Shown here: piece by piece, positions 48,991 through 57,717 of the stretch
Numbering within the stretch: position 1 is the stretch's first letter
Layout: each line of letters starts with the position of its first letter
Assembly (NCBI GenBank): GCA_050331615.1
Contig: JBHJGR010000284.1
Span: forward strand, 1-57,717
Length of the DNA: 57,717 nucleotides
Direction: 5' to 3'
Source of the DNA: Elainellaceae cyanobacterium
Lineage (GTDB): Bacteria; Cyanobacteriota; Cyanobacteriia; CAKZMO01
Made by a program: the position numbers and the translations under genes
Notes under the pieces: model-generated
Database searches by the model: none
The model's input: only the letters and a program-made list of their open reading frames with translations
What the model was told of the DNA's origin: nothing

Positions 48991-50913
48991 CTATACTGAA
49001 ACGGTTGTTTTGATGAAAGTGTTAAACCCTTTGAATTGATCCAGATCAAGCTTCCACAGACTTCGGAACGCCTCCCCGTCTTCCTGCTTCTCGTGGATCA
49101 ACTCAAAGCCAAGTTTTGCATAGTGGTCCTTCACCATGCCATTTTTAGCTGTCTGAATATATTCTCCATACAATACGCGATACCTCCGGTAGCGTGCCTG
49201 ATTGACCAGCACATTGAGAACTTCCTGCTCGACCTGTCGTCCCAATACCCGGCAACTCATTAACCAAGTATCTATATGCAGCGCCTTCTCAGATTCAAAG
49301 ATAATGGGCTTGGCGATCGCCACACTGATCAAACCGTTATCCCCAAAGTCATCTTTCAGACGAACTTGAAGACACAGAACATCAGGGTCTTCACTCATCT
49401 GCTTGACCTGCGCTTCGGTATAACGATGAGTCGTCAGGTTGAATTGATTACTCTTGTTAATCAACTGAGTAGCACGAGGCAGGGAAACAGAATCGACTGA
49501 GGCAACGCTCATCTCCATGTGGAGGCTTTCCAAAAAGCCCTCCAGACTATGCGCCTTTTCCTTCAGTTCATTTCTGCGACTGTTCGCCAGATATTGTTCT
49601 GCCCGCTTCATGTCATCGCCGGAGAAGGAAACCGCCTCAAAGTATCCAGCGTCAGACAAACAACGGACGTAGAGCGCTGGATCTTCCGGCACTTCGGGTA
49701 CTGCAACAGCGGGAGCAAACTGGCGTACCACTGCTCGCTCAACCGGATTGTCGTCAAAGAAAACCAGAGAATCCAAACCAATGTTCAGAGTGGTTGCAAT
49801 CCGCTTAAGATTAGTCGCCTTATCTTCCCAGTTGGCGACAAATACAGCAATGTCATCTTGACGCAAGATCATCTCTGGGTGCTTTTCAAACGGCTCCAGA
49901 GCATTCGCTTCTTCATTCTTGGAGCAAACTGCCAGGATAATGCCTCGCTCCTTCAACGCTTTTGCGTAAGCCTGAAAGGCGTAAAAGGCTTCACCAACAG
50001 CGTTGCCTTGCCCTAGAAGGATTCCCGACAGCCCATCGTCGCCAATCACTCCACCCCACACAGTGTTGTCTAGATCGAGTACCAGGCACTTGTAGGATAG
50101 TCCCCGAACGGCAGCTAGCATCCGCGCCAAGTGATCCCCATAGAGGGGCGAATAAACTGGAGAGATGTCTTGTTTTGCGTGGTGCCAGAGGGCAGCGTCA
50201 CACCAGAGATGCTTACCGATATAGGCTGCAATCTCATCTGTGTTAAGCAGCAACACCTTGTGTTCAGAAGCTCTTGAGCGTAAAACCTCATTTACCTGAT
50301 TTAGAATGCTTGCCGGTGAAGCAGGTAGCACTGCATCGTAATGCCCAAACAAGTGCTCAGGCGGAATGACCATCATCTGCTGGATGGCGATCGCCTTCAA
50401 CTGAGTATTGATTGTTTCCCAGAGATGCACCCATTCATCGACCCGCTGCTCTACAGCAGCTTTGACATCTTGAACGGGAGAAGCCCAGGGTAGCTTCACC
50501 CCAACATCATTGCCATTGAGTGCCAGGAGTACAACATCGGGTTGGAATTCGTACAGACCAGAGGCAGGGTTCAAAACTTCTTGACGGTACTGACCGTAGG
50601 GCGCAACATAGCATTCTGCAATCAAGCCTCGACGCAGCGCAGCGACCCGAATTGCAGGAAGCAGATGCTCGATTGTAGAGGATGCCAACACTGCAAGCCG
50701 AATCGTCTGTAAGCCACTTGCCTCACCAGGATGGGCAGCCAGAACTTCCTGGAGGCGACGATCAACTCGTGAAGTTTGTGTGAAATCAAGGTTATGCTTC
50801 GCGATTTCACGTAAGCAACGAATCTGCTCCTTGGATTCGCTAATCTGCTTACAAATTGCAATTGCCTCTCGAAAATCAGAGTGCTTAGGTAGCCAGTGTA
50901 GAAATTCTCTCAT
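48991..50913 (-). CDS. FkbH-like HAD-IIIC glyceryl-ACP synthase
   Basis: LVLDLDNTVWGG, CSKN, FFDDNPVE, NKSNQFN, LMSCRV; ~260-aa N-terminal extension. Confidence 0.92.
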   Translation of the reverse strand: MREFLHWLPKHSDFREAIAICKQISESKEQIRCLREIAKHNLDFTQTSRVDRRLQEVLAAHPGEASGLQTIRLAVLASSTIEHLLPAIRVAALRRGLIAECYVAPYGQYRQEVLNPASGLYEFQPDVVLLALNGNDVGVKLPWASPVQDVKAAVEQRVDEWVHLWETINTQLKAIAIQQMMVIPPEHLFGHYDAVLPASPASILNQVNEVLRSRASEHKVLLLNTDEIAAYIGKHLWCDAALWHHAKQDISPVYSPLYGDHLARMLAAVRGLSYKCLVLDLDNTVWGGVIGDDGLSGILLGQGNAVGEAFYAFQAYAKALKERGIILAVCSKNEEANALEPFEKHPEMILRQDDIAVFVANWEDKATNLKRIATTLNIGLDSLVFFDDNPVERAVVRQFAPAVAVPEVPEDPALYVRCLSDAGYFEAVSFSGDDMKRAEQYLANSRRNELKEKAHSLEGFLESLHMEMSVASVDSVSLPRATQLINKSNQFNLTTHRYTEAQVKQMSEDPDVLCLQVRLKDDFGDNGLISVAIAKPIIFESEKALHIDTWLMSCRVLGRQVEQEVLNVLVNQARYRRYRVLYGEYIQTAKNGMVKDHYAKLGFELIHEKQEDGEAFRSLWKLDLDQFKGFNTFIKTTVSV

Positions 50914-51194
50914 TGTCTTAAGGAGAACTGCTCTCCAGAGTAGGTTTGCTGGCCTAACTGAAAACTTTACCGAACTTATTGACTCAGGTTACGATTCAGA
51001 CACAATACAAGCAAGCATATTTCGGCAGGCTTTAAAGAAATAATATAATTATGTAAAGTTTCACTGAAGCCGATTCCTCTTAGAATTTAGGTTTTGTCGA
51101 GCAATCAAAAAAAGCAAATCGCGTCGTGTTTAGTATAAGATACTGTACACAACACGTGTGGGATTTTTTCCTGCTTTGTCGGGTAAAGCTTTAA

Positions 51195-52358
51195 CTAATC
51201 AGCCTTCAATTCCTGAACCATCTCTACTATTGCAGGATTTTGTGCTACCCAACGTTCACGATCGCTACGAATTTGCTCCAGATGAGTAGCGATATTGTCG
51301 GGAGTTACCCAAACTCCAAATGCTTCGGGAATATTTTGCCCTTGAGGTTGCGGAGAACAAATCTCCTCGCCCTGGGATTGTAGAATACAGTTAAGAATTA
51401 AATTCCCCACCTCTTCCCGGTAGTGAGCACCGTCCCGGAAGTAATGCATGTCATCAGAAATTGTTTCCGCTGTAACAAAGTTGTAAACCGAAAAATCCCA
51501 AATAGGGATAATTTCAGCAACCTGCCGCTTCCAATCTTCAAAAACAGACCAGAGATTTGCAGCTTGAATTGCTTCCAGGTGACTTGCATGAAAAGGTGAA
51601 ATAAATACTTTGAGTTCGATATCGTGCTTTTCGCATAAATCAACAATTGCTTTCAAACTATCTAGCATCTCTGGTGAAAGAGAGAACTGCCCGTATAACT
51701 CTGACCGATGTAAGTATGTTTTGAGATATTCCTGAAAAATATCAATCGTCGGTTTATTAGAGTTAAAATACTCCTCATTCCTCGTCCCGTTAGAGTAGTA
51801 GGGAAATCCAGTGCCCTCATCTGTGTTTTCGGTAACTGTTTCAATACTGGCTTCCAGTGCATCTATGGAAAGTATTACTTTTAGAAGATCACTAACTACC
51901 ACATGATCTTGTCCCAACCTATCTTCGTAAAAATCCACTTCAGTAACGTTCTTGTGATTATACGAAACAAAATCCAACCCCAATACAACCACCTCTAAAT
52001 CAGGTTGATTGGCGATTGCGTGTTCCAGATATCTAAGCTGCTCATAGGCATTAGAATCGGGCAGCCCCAAATTGTAAACGGGTTGATAGTTTGCCAGAGA
52101 TGGATGATCAGGATTGAGTCCGTACTCAACTCCAGAAGTTCCTATAAATACTGCTTTGGGCTTGATCCGAACCACATCAACTGCTTTAAACAAGCGAACG
52201 TGGCTTGCTTCCTTTGGCTTCTCCTGATTCAAGCCTGCGATCGCGGGACTACCAAGAATCCCAAAAGGATCAATTATCAGATTGAATAACCCTATACCGA
52301 GGACTCCGATCAGAGTTGCGCAAATGACGATCTGATTGTACTTGGAATACGCTTTCAT
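51195..52358 (-). CDS. Membrane-anchored SGNH-like (DltD/AlgJ-like) protein, paralog of 45439-46545
   Basis: Transmembrane helix ending NLIIDPFG; IGTS, YNLG, FISPFH, WDFS, DGAH, FGVWVT. Confidence 0.6.
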   Translation of the reverse strand: MKAYSKYNQIVICATLIGVLGIGLFNLIIDPFGILGSPAIAGLNQEKPKEASHVRLFKAVDVVRIKPKAVFIGTSGVEYGLNPDHPSLANYQPVYNLGLPDSNAYEQLRYLEHAIANQPDLEVVVLGLDFVSYNHKNVTEVDFYEDRLGQDHVVVSDLLKVILSIDALEASIETVTENTDEGTGFPYYSNGTRNEEYFNSNKPTIDIFQEYLKTYLHRSELYGQFSLSPEMLDSLKAIVDLCEKHDIELKVFISPFHASHLEAIQAANLWSVFEDWKRQVAEIIPIWDFSVYNFVTAETISDDMHYFRDGAHYREEVGNLILNCILQSQGEEICSPQPQGQNIPEAFGVWVTPDNIATHLEQIRSDRERWVAQNPAIVEMVQELKAD

Positions 52359-52362
52359 CTTG

Positions 52363-52430
52363 AAATTGGAAGTAAAGAAACGTAGGAACTTAATCAACCA
52401 ACAAAAAAACAAACATAAAGCGGCAGCATA
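52363..52430 (-). pseudogene. Possible 3' remnant of a second MBOAT gene
   Basis: Minus strand encodes VPTFLYFQF, then CAA (TAA would be the stop), immediately before the ATG at 52358. A hydrophobic stretch lies upstream in a shifted frame. Confidence 0.4.
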
Positions 52431-52460
52431 CCTGAGAGTATTAGACTCGCAGGGGGAAGA

Positions 52461-54266
52461 TTACATCGATGGAGTGTAACTACGATTCAAAACAACTTCT
52501 TCGTAAGTTCCTGATTTCACAACCTGCCCCTTTTCCATCACGTAAATGCGATCGCAGTGTTCAACGGTTGTGAGTCGGTGAGCAATGATGATCATGGTCT
52601 TGCTTCCATTCAGAGACTGAATGGCTTCTGTAACAAGTTGCTCTGTTTCGTTGTCCAGAGCTGAAGTTGCCTCATCCAGCACTAGCAACTCACGTTCATG
52701 ATAAAGCGCACGCGCAATGCCAATCCGCTGACGCTGGCCACCCGATAAACAGACTCCGCGTTCTCCAATGCGAGTCTTCAAACCGTCAGGTAAGTTCTTT
52801 ACGAGTTCAGAGAGTTGAGCTGCTTCAAGAGATTCATAAAGTCGAGCGTAATCAATCTGCTCATCTAGGACTCCAAAAGCCACGTTGCGCTCAAGCGTGT
52901 CATCAATCAAGAAGATGGATTGGGGAATGTAGCCAATCATGTTTTGCCAGCTCCGCAAATCCCCATAAACAGATTGACCATCAACTTTAATATCGCCGGA
53001 CTGAGGTTGCAAAAGTCCCAGGATCAGGTCAACTAGGGTCGTCTTCCCAGCCCCCGACTTACCGATGAGGGCGATCGACTCACCCTTACGCAGAGCTAGA
53101 TTGACTCGGCGCAGGGCAGGCTCCTTAGCCCCTTCGTATTGGAAGACCACATCTTGCAGATCAATTTGCCGATTGAAAGTCAATGAACCTGAGCTGTTTG
53201 GAGCGATCGCGTGCCCATTCAGTTGAGCTGCTGGAAGGGATTTGCCAGTGAGTTGCTCAATCTGCTTCAAATCAAAATAAAGTTTGTCCACTACATAGGA
53301 GGAGCTTCGGAGCTTGGTCATGCCAGATGTCAGTTGAGCCGCGACAGGCATAAGCCGAATTGCAACCACACCAAACACACCCAGTGTGGCAATCAGGTTA
53401 TCAGTATCTCGACCCAGCAGCAATGAAATTGAGGTGAGACCCAGCACAAAAGTAATGATCAACGCCTCAATCACAATGCGGGGCATCATCCCGAAGCTCA
53501 TTAATGAACTACAGGATTCTGCATAGTGCCGCGCCTGCTCCTTCAACTGCTGCTCAAAGAAAGGTTCACATCCGATCACTCGGGTTTCCTTCAAGCCACC
53601 CAGACTATGATTGATAATTCGGATCATTTCCGCTTTCGTAGAAGAAGCGGTTTTCCCCCAACGCGAGATCCGCTTTCGAAACTGAACGACGAGAGCAAAC
53701 GCGAAGAGCAGTATTAAAGAAATGATGAGCGTTGAGATGGCATCTGTTATTAGCAGCAGCACAATAAAAGCTGTCATCATTACCAGACTCACCGTGGAGT
53801 TGAGCATCTCCAGCAACGTGCTGTTGCAGAAAATCTCCGTTTCATTGACAATATTCTGAATTAGAAATGCGGTGTTGTTCTTCAGGTGAAACTCATAGGG
53901 CAATCTAAGGTAGGAATTGAGCAATCTTGAGCGCAATTCCCCTTGATGAGAAAGACCAAATAAGAATATGTATTCACGAACCTTAAAGGTCATGAAAGAC
54001 TTGATATAAAAAATAACTAGAATGGCGATCGCAGCCGCAACAATAAACTGGTTTGTTGAGTTGAAATTAAAAGTTTCATAAATCCAATTCAACCCAGCAT
54101 TCCTATTGATGACACTTGGGCTACTCGCGAGAGCAATAAAAGGACCAATTAAGCCAATACCAACGGCTTCTAGCACAGAGGTTGACAGAATAAATAAGAG
54201 CAGTAAAGGAAGTTGCCTTTTCCGCTCATAGAGAATGTATAGAAACTTACGAAGGTATTGATTCAT
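52461..54266 (-). CDS. ABC exporter, fused TMD-NBD (HepA/PglK-like)
   Basis: N-terminal transmembrane domain; GKSGAGKT, IGYIPQ, LSGGQRQRIGIARA, LDEATSALD, IAHRL. Confidence 0.9.
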   Translation of the reverse strand: MNQYLRKFLYILYERKRQLPLLLLFILSTSVLEAVGIGLIGPFIALASSPSVINRNAGLNWIYETFNFNSTNQFIVAAAIAILVIFYIKSFMTFKVREYIFLFGLSHQGELRSRLLNSYLRLPYEFHLKNNTAFLIQNIVNETEIFCNSTLLEMLNSTVSLVMMTAFIVLLLITDAISTLIISLILLFAFALVVQFRKRISRWGKTASSTKAEMIRIINHSLGGLKETRVIGCEPFFEQQLKEQARHYAESCSSLMSFGMMPRIVIEALIITFVLGLTSISLLLGRDTDNLIATLGVFGVVAIRLMPVAAQLTSGMTKLRSSSYVVDKLYFDLKQIEQLTGKSLPAAQLNGHAIAPNSSGSLTFNRQIDLQDVVFQYEGAKEPALRRVNLALRKGESIALIGKSGAGKTTLVDLILGLLQPQSGDIKVDGQSVYGDLRSWQNMIGYIPQSIFLIDDTLERNVAFGVLDEQIDYARLYESLEAAQLSELVKNLPDGLKTRIGERGVCLSGGQRQRIGIARALYHERELLVLDEATSALDNETEQLVTEAIQSLNGSKTMIIIAHRLTTVEHCDRIYVMEKGQVVKSGTYEEVVLNRSYTPSM

Positions 54267-54918
54267 GCTTGATTAGCCGTATTTCAAAAAATTGCTCTGT
54301 GTTACTAGTCCCTGAATCCTATGTATAGAAGTACAAGCGTTGAAAATCAGATTAGCAATTCTAATTCCAAGCTATATCGCTATATCTGTATGCCAGCTCC
54401 GTCAGGGACATATAATTTCAATTTCAAAAATAACCCCCATTTTGTAGAACTACTTAAAACTCGACGTGAAATATTGGTAAAGATTTCCAGGGATTAAATC
54501 GCATAAACAGGGCCATTTAGCACTGCTTGGCGATCTCGATATCCGAGATTCGGCTGATGACGACGTGGTGAGTGTGTTGTTCTATCAGAGGGTTATTCTC
54601 CAGTTACGGCAGTAGTGGGGAATGAGCTTGGCCGTTTCGGGGTCTTCATGGATGTGATACTCGTTCATCTATGACAACCGGTTAACCAGAGCCAGATTTG
54701 GGGATTCGTCGGCCCGGCATTATCTCTTTGTTGAGAAAAACCGTGTCGGGATGCAATTTCACCTAGCTGTAAAAAGTGGCGATCGCCTTCTCCACCGCCA
54801 AGAACTTCGCGCTAGAGTAGAGTCGCACCTAAGATATGGGCGCACAACGTACGCACAATTACAGCTCTCAGCTGGCAGAAATCCTCTCCAGCCAGGCATA
54901 GGACCCAGTGCTAGTATC

Positions 54919-55353
54919 GTGAACCATCGAAACCCCGCCCCTACCGTTGATCTGATCATTGAACTCATCGATCGCCCCCATCAGCCCATCGTGCTAATCG
55001 AGCGGAAAAATCCGCCCTACGGTTGGGCATTGCCAGGCGGTTTCGTCGATTACGGCGAGTCAGTGGAAACGGCTGCCCGGCGGGAGGCTCTGGAAGAAAC
55101 TGGGTTAGAGGTAACGCTGCTAGAGCAGATGCTGGTCTACTCCAATCCGTCCCGTGATCCGCGTCAGCACACCCTATCCGTTGTCTTCTTAGCAACTGCA
55201 ACCGGCGAACCCGCCGCCAGCGACGATGCCAAGAATTTAGCTATTTTTGAAATGTGGCGCTGTCCTCAAAAGCTGTGCTTTGACCACGATCGCATCCTGC
55301 AGGACTATTGGCGATACCGTCAACACGGCATTCGTCCGCGCCTGGCACCCTAA
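54919..55353 (+). CDS. Nudix hydrolase
   Basis: [25 protein letters not shown] Nudix box, RDPR, FDH. GTG start at 54919 preferred. Confidence 0.92.
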   Translation: MNHRNPAPTVDLIIELIDRPHQPIVLIERKNPPYGWALPGGFVDYGESVETAARREALEETGLEVTLLEQMLVYSNPSRDPRQHTLSVVFLATATGEPAASDDAKNLAIFEMWRCPQKLCFDHDRILQDYWRYRQHGIRPRLAP

Positions 55354-55370
55354 GTTAGCCGACCACTACC

Positions 55371-55955
55371 TCAGCCACTTTTAGCCTGCTCAATCAGTAC
55401 CGCTGCAGCCTGTTTTGCTTGGGCAGCGGATTCCGAACACCGCCGCATCATGGCAACGACGATCGCCCCCTCGATTAGAATCACTAGCTGCTGGGCGATG
55501 GATTCCGACTCAGGCAGGTCGGCTGCCTTCACCAGGCTGAGAATATAGTCAGACACGGCCTGCTGGTGTTCCATTGCAATTTGGCAGCCAGGATGGTCGC
55601 AATTTACCAGCTCGACGGTGGAGTTGATGAAGGCACAGCCTCGAAAGTCGGTCTGTTCAAACCATTCTTTCAAGGCGTCGAATACCGCCAGCAGGCGATC
55701 GCCCGGATTCTCCGCCAGCCGCTCCACCGTTGACTGAAACCACCTGCGCCAGTGCTCATCCCGCTGCTGGAGCCAAGCCGCAATTAGGGCGTCCTTAGAT
55801 TTGAAGTGGTTATATAAAGACATCTTGGCGACACCAGACTCGGCGATAATGCGATCGACGCCTACGTTCTGTACCCCCTCCTGATAAAAGAGGTCGGCAG
55901 CGGTGGCCAGGATGCGATCGCGGGCAGAGGAGCGGGATGATTTCGAGCGAGGCAT
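55371..55955 (-). CDS. TetR/AcrR family regulator
   Basis: RILATAADLFY..G...VGVDRIIAESGVAKMSLYNHFKSKD helix-turn-helix; FRGCAFIN. Confidence 0.95.
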   Translation of the reverse strand: MPRSKSSRSSARDRILATAADLFYQEGVQNVGVDRIIAESGVAKMSLYNHFKSKDALIAAWLQQRDEHWRRWFQSTVERLAENPGDRLLAVFDALKEWFEQTDFRGCAFINSTVELVNCDHPGCQIAMEHQQAVSDYILSLVKAADLPESESIAQQLVILIEGAIVVAMMRRCSESAAQAKQAAAVLIEQAKSG

Positions 55956-55990
55956 AAGCAGCTTTTAAACTGATGAAGCGCACAGCATAT

Positions 55991-56010
55991 TATACAGACA
56001 AGTCTATATA
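55991..56010. promoter_or_regulatory. Candidate TetR operator
   Basis: tatacagac-aa-gtctatata inverted repeat (1 mismatch), ~35 bp upstream of the tetR start. Confidence 0.55.
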
Positions 56011-56894
56011 AAGGCTAACACAGTGCTTCTGCTGGCAACCACTGCCCCATAACTCGTCAAAGATAAAACTCAGTATGGCATTACGCCTTCGCGTTAGGAC
56101 ATTCATGACCAGTCTAGAAGTAGCGCTTCCAGATGGGTGAGCGATCGCAATGGACTGGGATCAGTAGGATCAGTCATTATGATGGTCGACGATTCGGTCG
56201 GCAGCAGTCGGCAGGAGGCCGAAAAACATTGCCACATAAGCACCAAAATCAGCCGTTAATATACTGCAAAGGCCGACTGAAAAGTTTTACTTATATCCCA
56301 GATTTAATAATTCATTTCGAATTCGTCGAATCTGCTGATCATTTTCAGGGTTTCAGCGATAGACTTGGTTACATGGAAGAGTCAATCTCGATAGAGTTAA
56401 ATCGATGATAAAGGCCAATACTTTTTTAAGGTATTGCGATCGCTCTTCCCCTCACACTCAGCTAACCAACAGCAACGTAAAAGTACCTTAAAGTTCCAGT
56501 CGGGGGTGCGATTGGAATTGCATCCCCTTCCATCACCTCGACATAGGTGCATTTAAACACCGCTTAACTATTCGTTAACAGGATCAGGGGTAGCCTCGTC
56601 CATGTTTGGGTCTATCTAAGGGAGGTACTGTGTATATGAAGTACACGCGGAGCTATATCGAACCGCTTGACGGCACCCGGTTCGAACTGCAGCTGTAGGT
56701 TGGCATTGAGCCAAACGAAACCGACCAGAGGGGGAGAGACGGGGTTTCACCCGATTCAAGCCAATCTACCGATCTAGGTTTGTGGGGGAAGGACGCCTTA
56801 GCCAACTGATGGCAGAGATTGACTGCCTTGGTTGAGATGAGTTGCATAGCGTTTTTCTAAGGATGGTCCTTTCCCTTTTCCTCATCGCCATCCA

Positions 56895-57171
56895 TATGGC
56901 CCCATGGGCTGAGGTTTGAGTATGGACCTCCCCGCGGGGGGGCCGCACCGCCTGAGCATGCTAACGCGAAAGCCTAGTACCAATTTTGCATAAAGACGCA
57001 TAGGAAAAGTCCGGGCAGACAAGGGGCTTAAGCCCCTTGTTGTGCGCAGCTTCATAGAAAACGGTATAACGCTATACATTTTGTAATGGGTGTGCGCCCC
57101 GCCGAGGCGCACACCCCGTGAGAATTGGGATATCCTAACGCGGTAGGGAGGTGACGATGCCACGTCCCTGC
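56895..57171. repeat. Nest of small dispersed repeats
   Basis: Family-B copy (56895-~56977), 22-bp palindrome acaaggggcttaagccccttgt (57019-57040), GC hairpin (57088-57117) and GTAG-type REP-like hairpin (57143-57171). Confidence 0.7.
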
Positions 57172-57194
57172 GCCAACGCTTAGGTAAATTGCCG

Positions 57195-57617
57195 ATGGCC
57201 CCACTTTCCCCTGACTTAGACCTGCTGCGCGTCTTTGTTTACGGCACTCTGAAACCGGGTGAGTGCAATTATGCCCACTACTGCGCGAGAAAAGTTATCC
57301 ACCAGCAGGAAGCGATCGCCCAGGGAACCCTTTACGATCTGCCGCTGGGCTATCCGGCTATGGTTGAGGGCAGCGGAGAAGTGAGGGGATGCTTACTCTG
57401 CTTTGGCGATCGCACATTCCTTCGCTACTTGGACGACCTGGAAGACTACGAGCCAGGCCGTCCTCTTCAAGAAAACGAGTACATACGGCGACGGATGCCC
57501 GTCTTCGATCTGAACCGCCAACCCCTGGGTGACGCCTGGGTGTACCTGATGGCTCCCGAGCGGATCAGGCTACTAAACGGAGTACTTGTGCGAGACGGGT
57601 GCTGGACAGGTAAGTAG
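57195..57617 (+). CDS. Gamma-glutamylcyclotransferase (AIG2-like) family protein
   Basis: VFVYGTLKPG, GYPAM, LDDLEDY, Y.R, AWVY. Confidence 0.9.
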   Translation: MAPLSPDLDLLRVFVYGTLKPGECNYAHYCARKVIHQQEAIAQGTLYDLPLGYPAMVEGSGEVRGCLLCFGDRTFLRYLDDLEDYEPGRPLQENEYIRRRMPVFDLNRQPLGDAWVYLMAPERIRLLNGVLVRDGCWTGK

Positions 57618-57715
57618 GTCGGCACAATTGAATTTATGTTAGAAAACCGGGGGAGCGGCCCCCCCGGGCCCGCCCCCGGTTTTGTAAACATAGATTTTAA
57701 ACGCAATTCTACATA
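57611..57715. mobile_element. MITE-like element, family A
   Basis: Close match to the reverse complement of 34004-34108 (taagtaggtcggcacaatt.aatt.atgttagaaaaccgggggagcg). Confidence 0.8.
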
Positions 57716-57717
57716 AT

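Noticed and set aside
48991-50913. PKS/NRPS or methoxymalonyl-ACP natural-product cluster
   Set aside because: There are no KS, adenylation, acyl-CoA dehydrogenase or O-methyltransferase genes; the context is glycan and MBOAT.
54751-54918. N-terminal extension of the Nudix ORF
   Set aside because: Family-like sequence begins at the GTG at 54919 ([10 protein letters not shown]); the upstream part looks non-coding.
56615-56847. Possible frameshifted gene across a C-run (MQLIST... joined to LVGFVWLNAN...)
   Set aside because: No family is recognisable; it would need BLASTX support.

Overview
This is a 57.7-kb chromosomal window from a filamentous cyanobacterium. The assignment rests on abundant HIP1 GCGATCGC, psbB/psbT/psbM, CP12 and kaiABC; a Leptolyngbya/Nodosilinea-like lineage is a guess. 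The left ~32 kb is GC-rich core genome: glmU, a sugar ABC ATPase and binding protein, purC, cutA, rps1, nrdR, psbB-psbT, a ferredoxin, psbM, CP12, kaiABC with a divergent hybrid kinase, cobO, GST and an M17 peptidase. From 32.5 to 54.3 kb lies a more AT-rich, all-minus-strand surface-glycan cluster with two unusual modules. (1) A non-canonical ulosonic-acid pathway: KdsB, an RPE-CBS fusion, a DAH7P-synthase-type aldolase with altered motifs, a HAD phosphatase, a second KdsB and an HP-motif glycosyltransferase. It mirrors the Kdo pathway without KdsA, KdsC or KdsD and could make CMP-3-deoxy-D-lyxo-heptulosonate (the Dha skeleton) or Kdo by a new route. (2) A Dlt/Alg-like acyl relay: FkbH, ACP, an MBOAT with an FIYFQF tail, two SGNH-like proteins and a MaoC-SDR fusion, predicted to put glyceryl or lactyl groups on the glycan. 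The cluster also holds fossil 3' ends of two lost acyltransferases and a perfect 42-bp palindrome centred on HIP1. Intergenic DNA carries many ~90-bp TA-flanked MITE-like elements of at least two families with central GC hairpins. No rRNA, tRNA or CRISPR array was seen. All functional calls come from motif recognition only; no searches were run.
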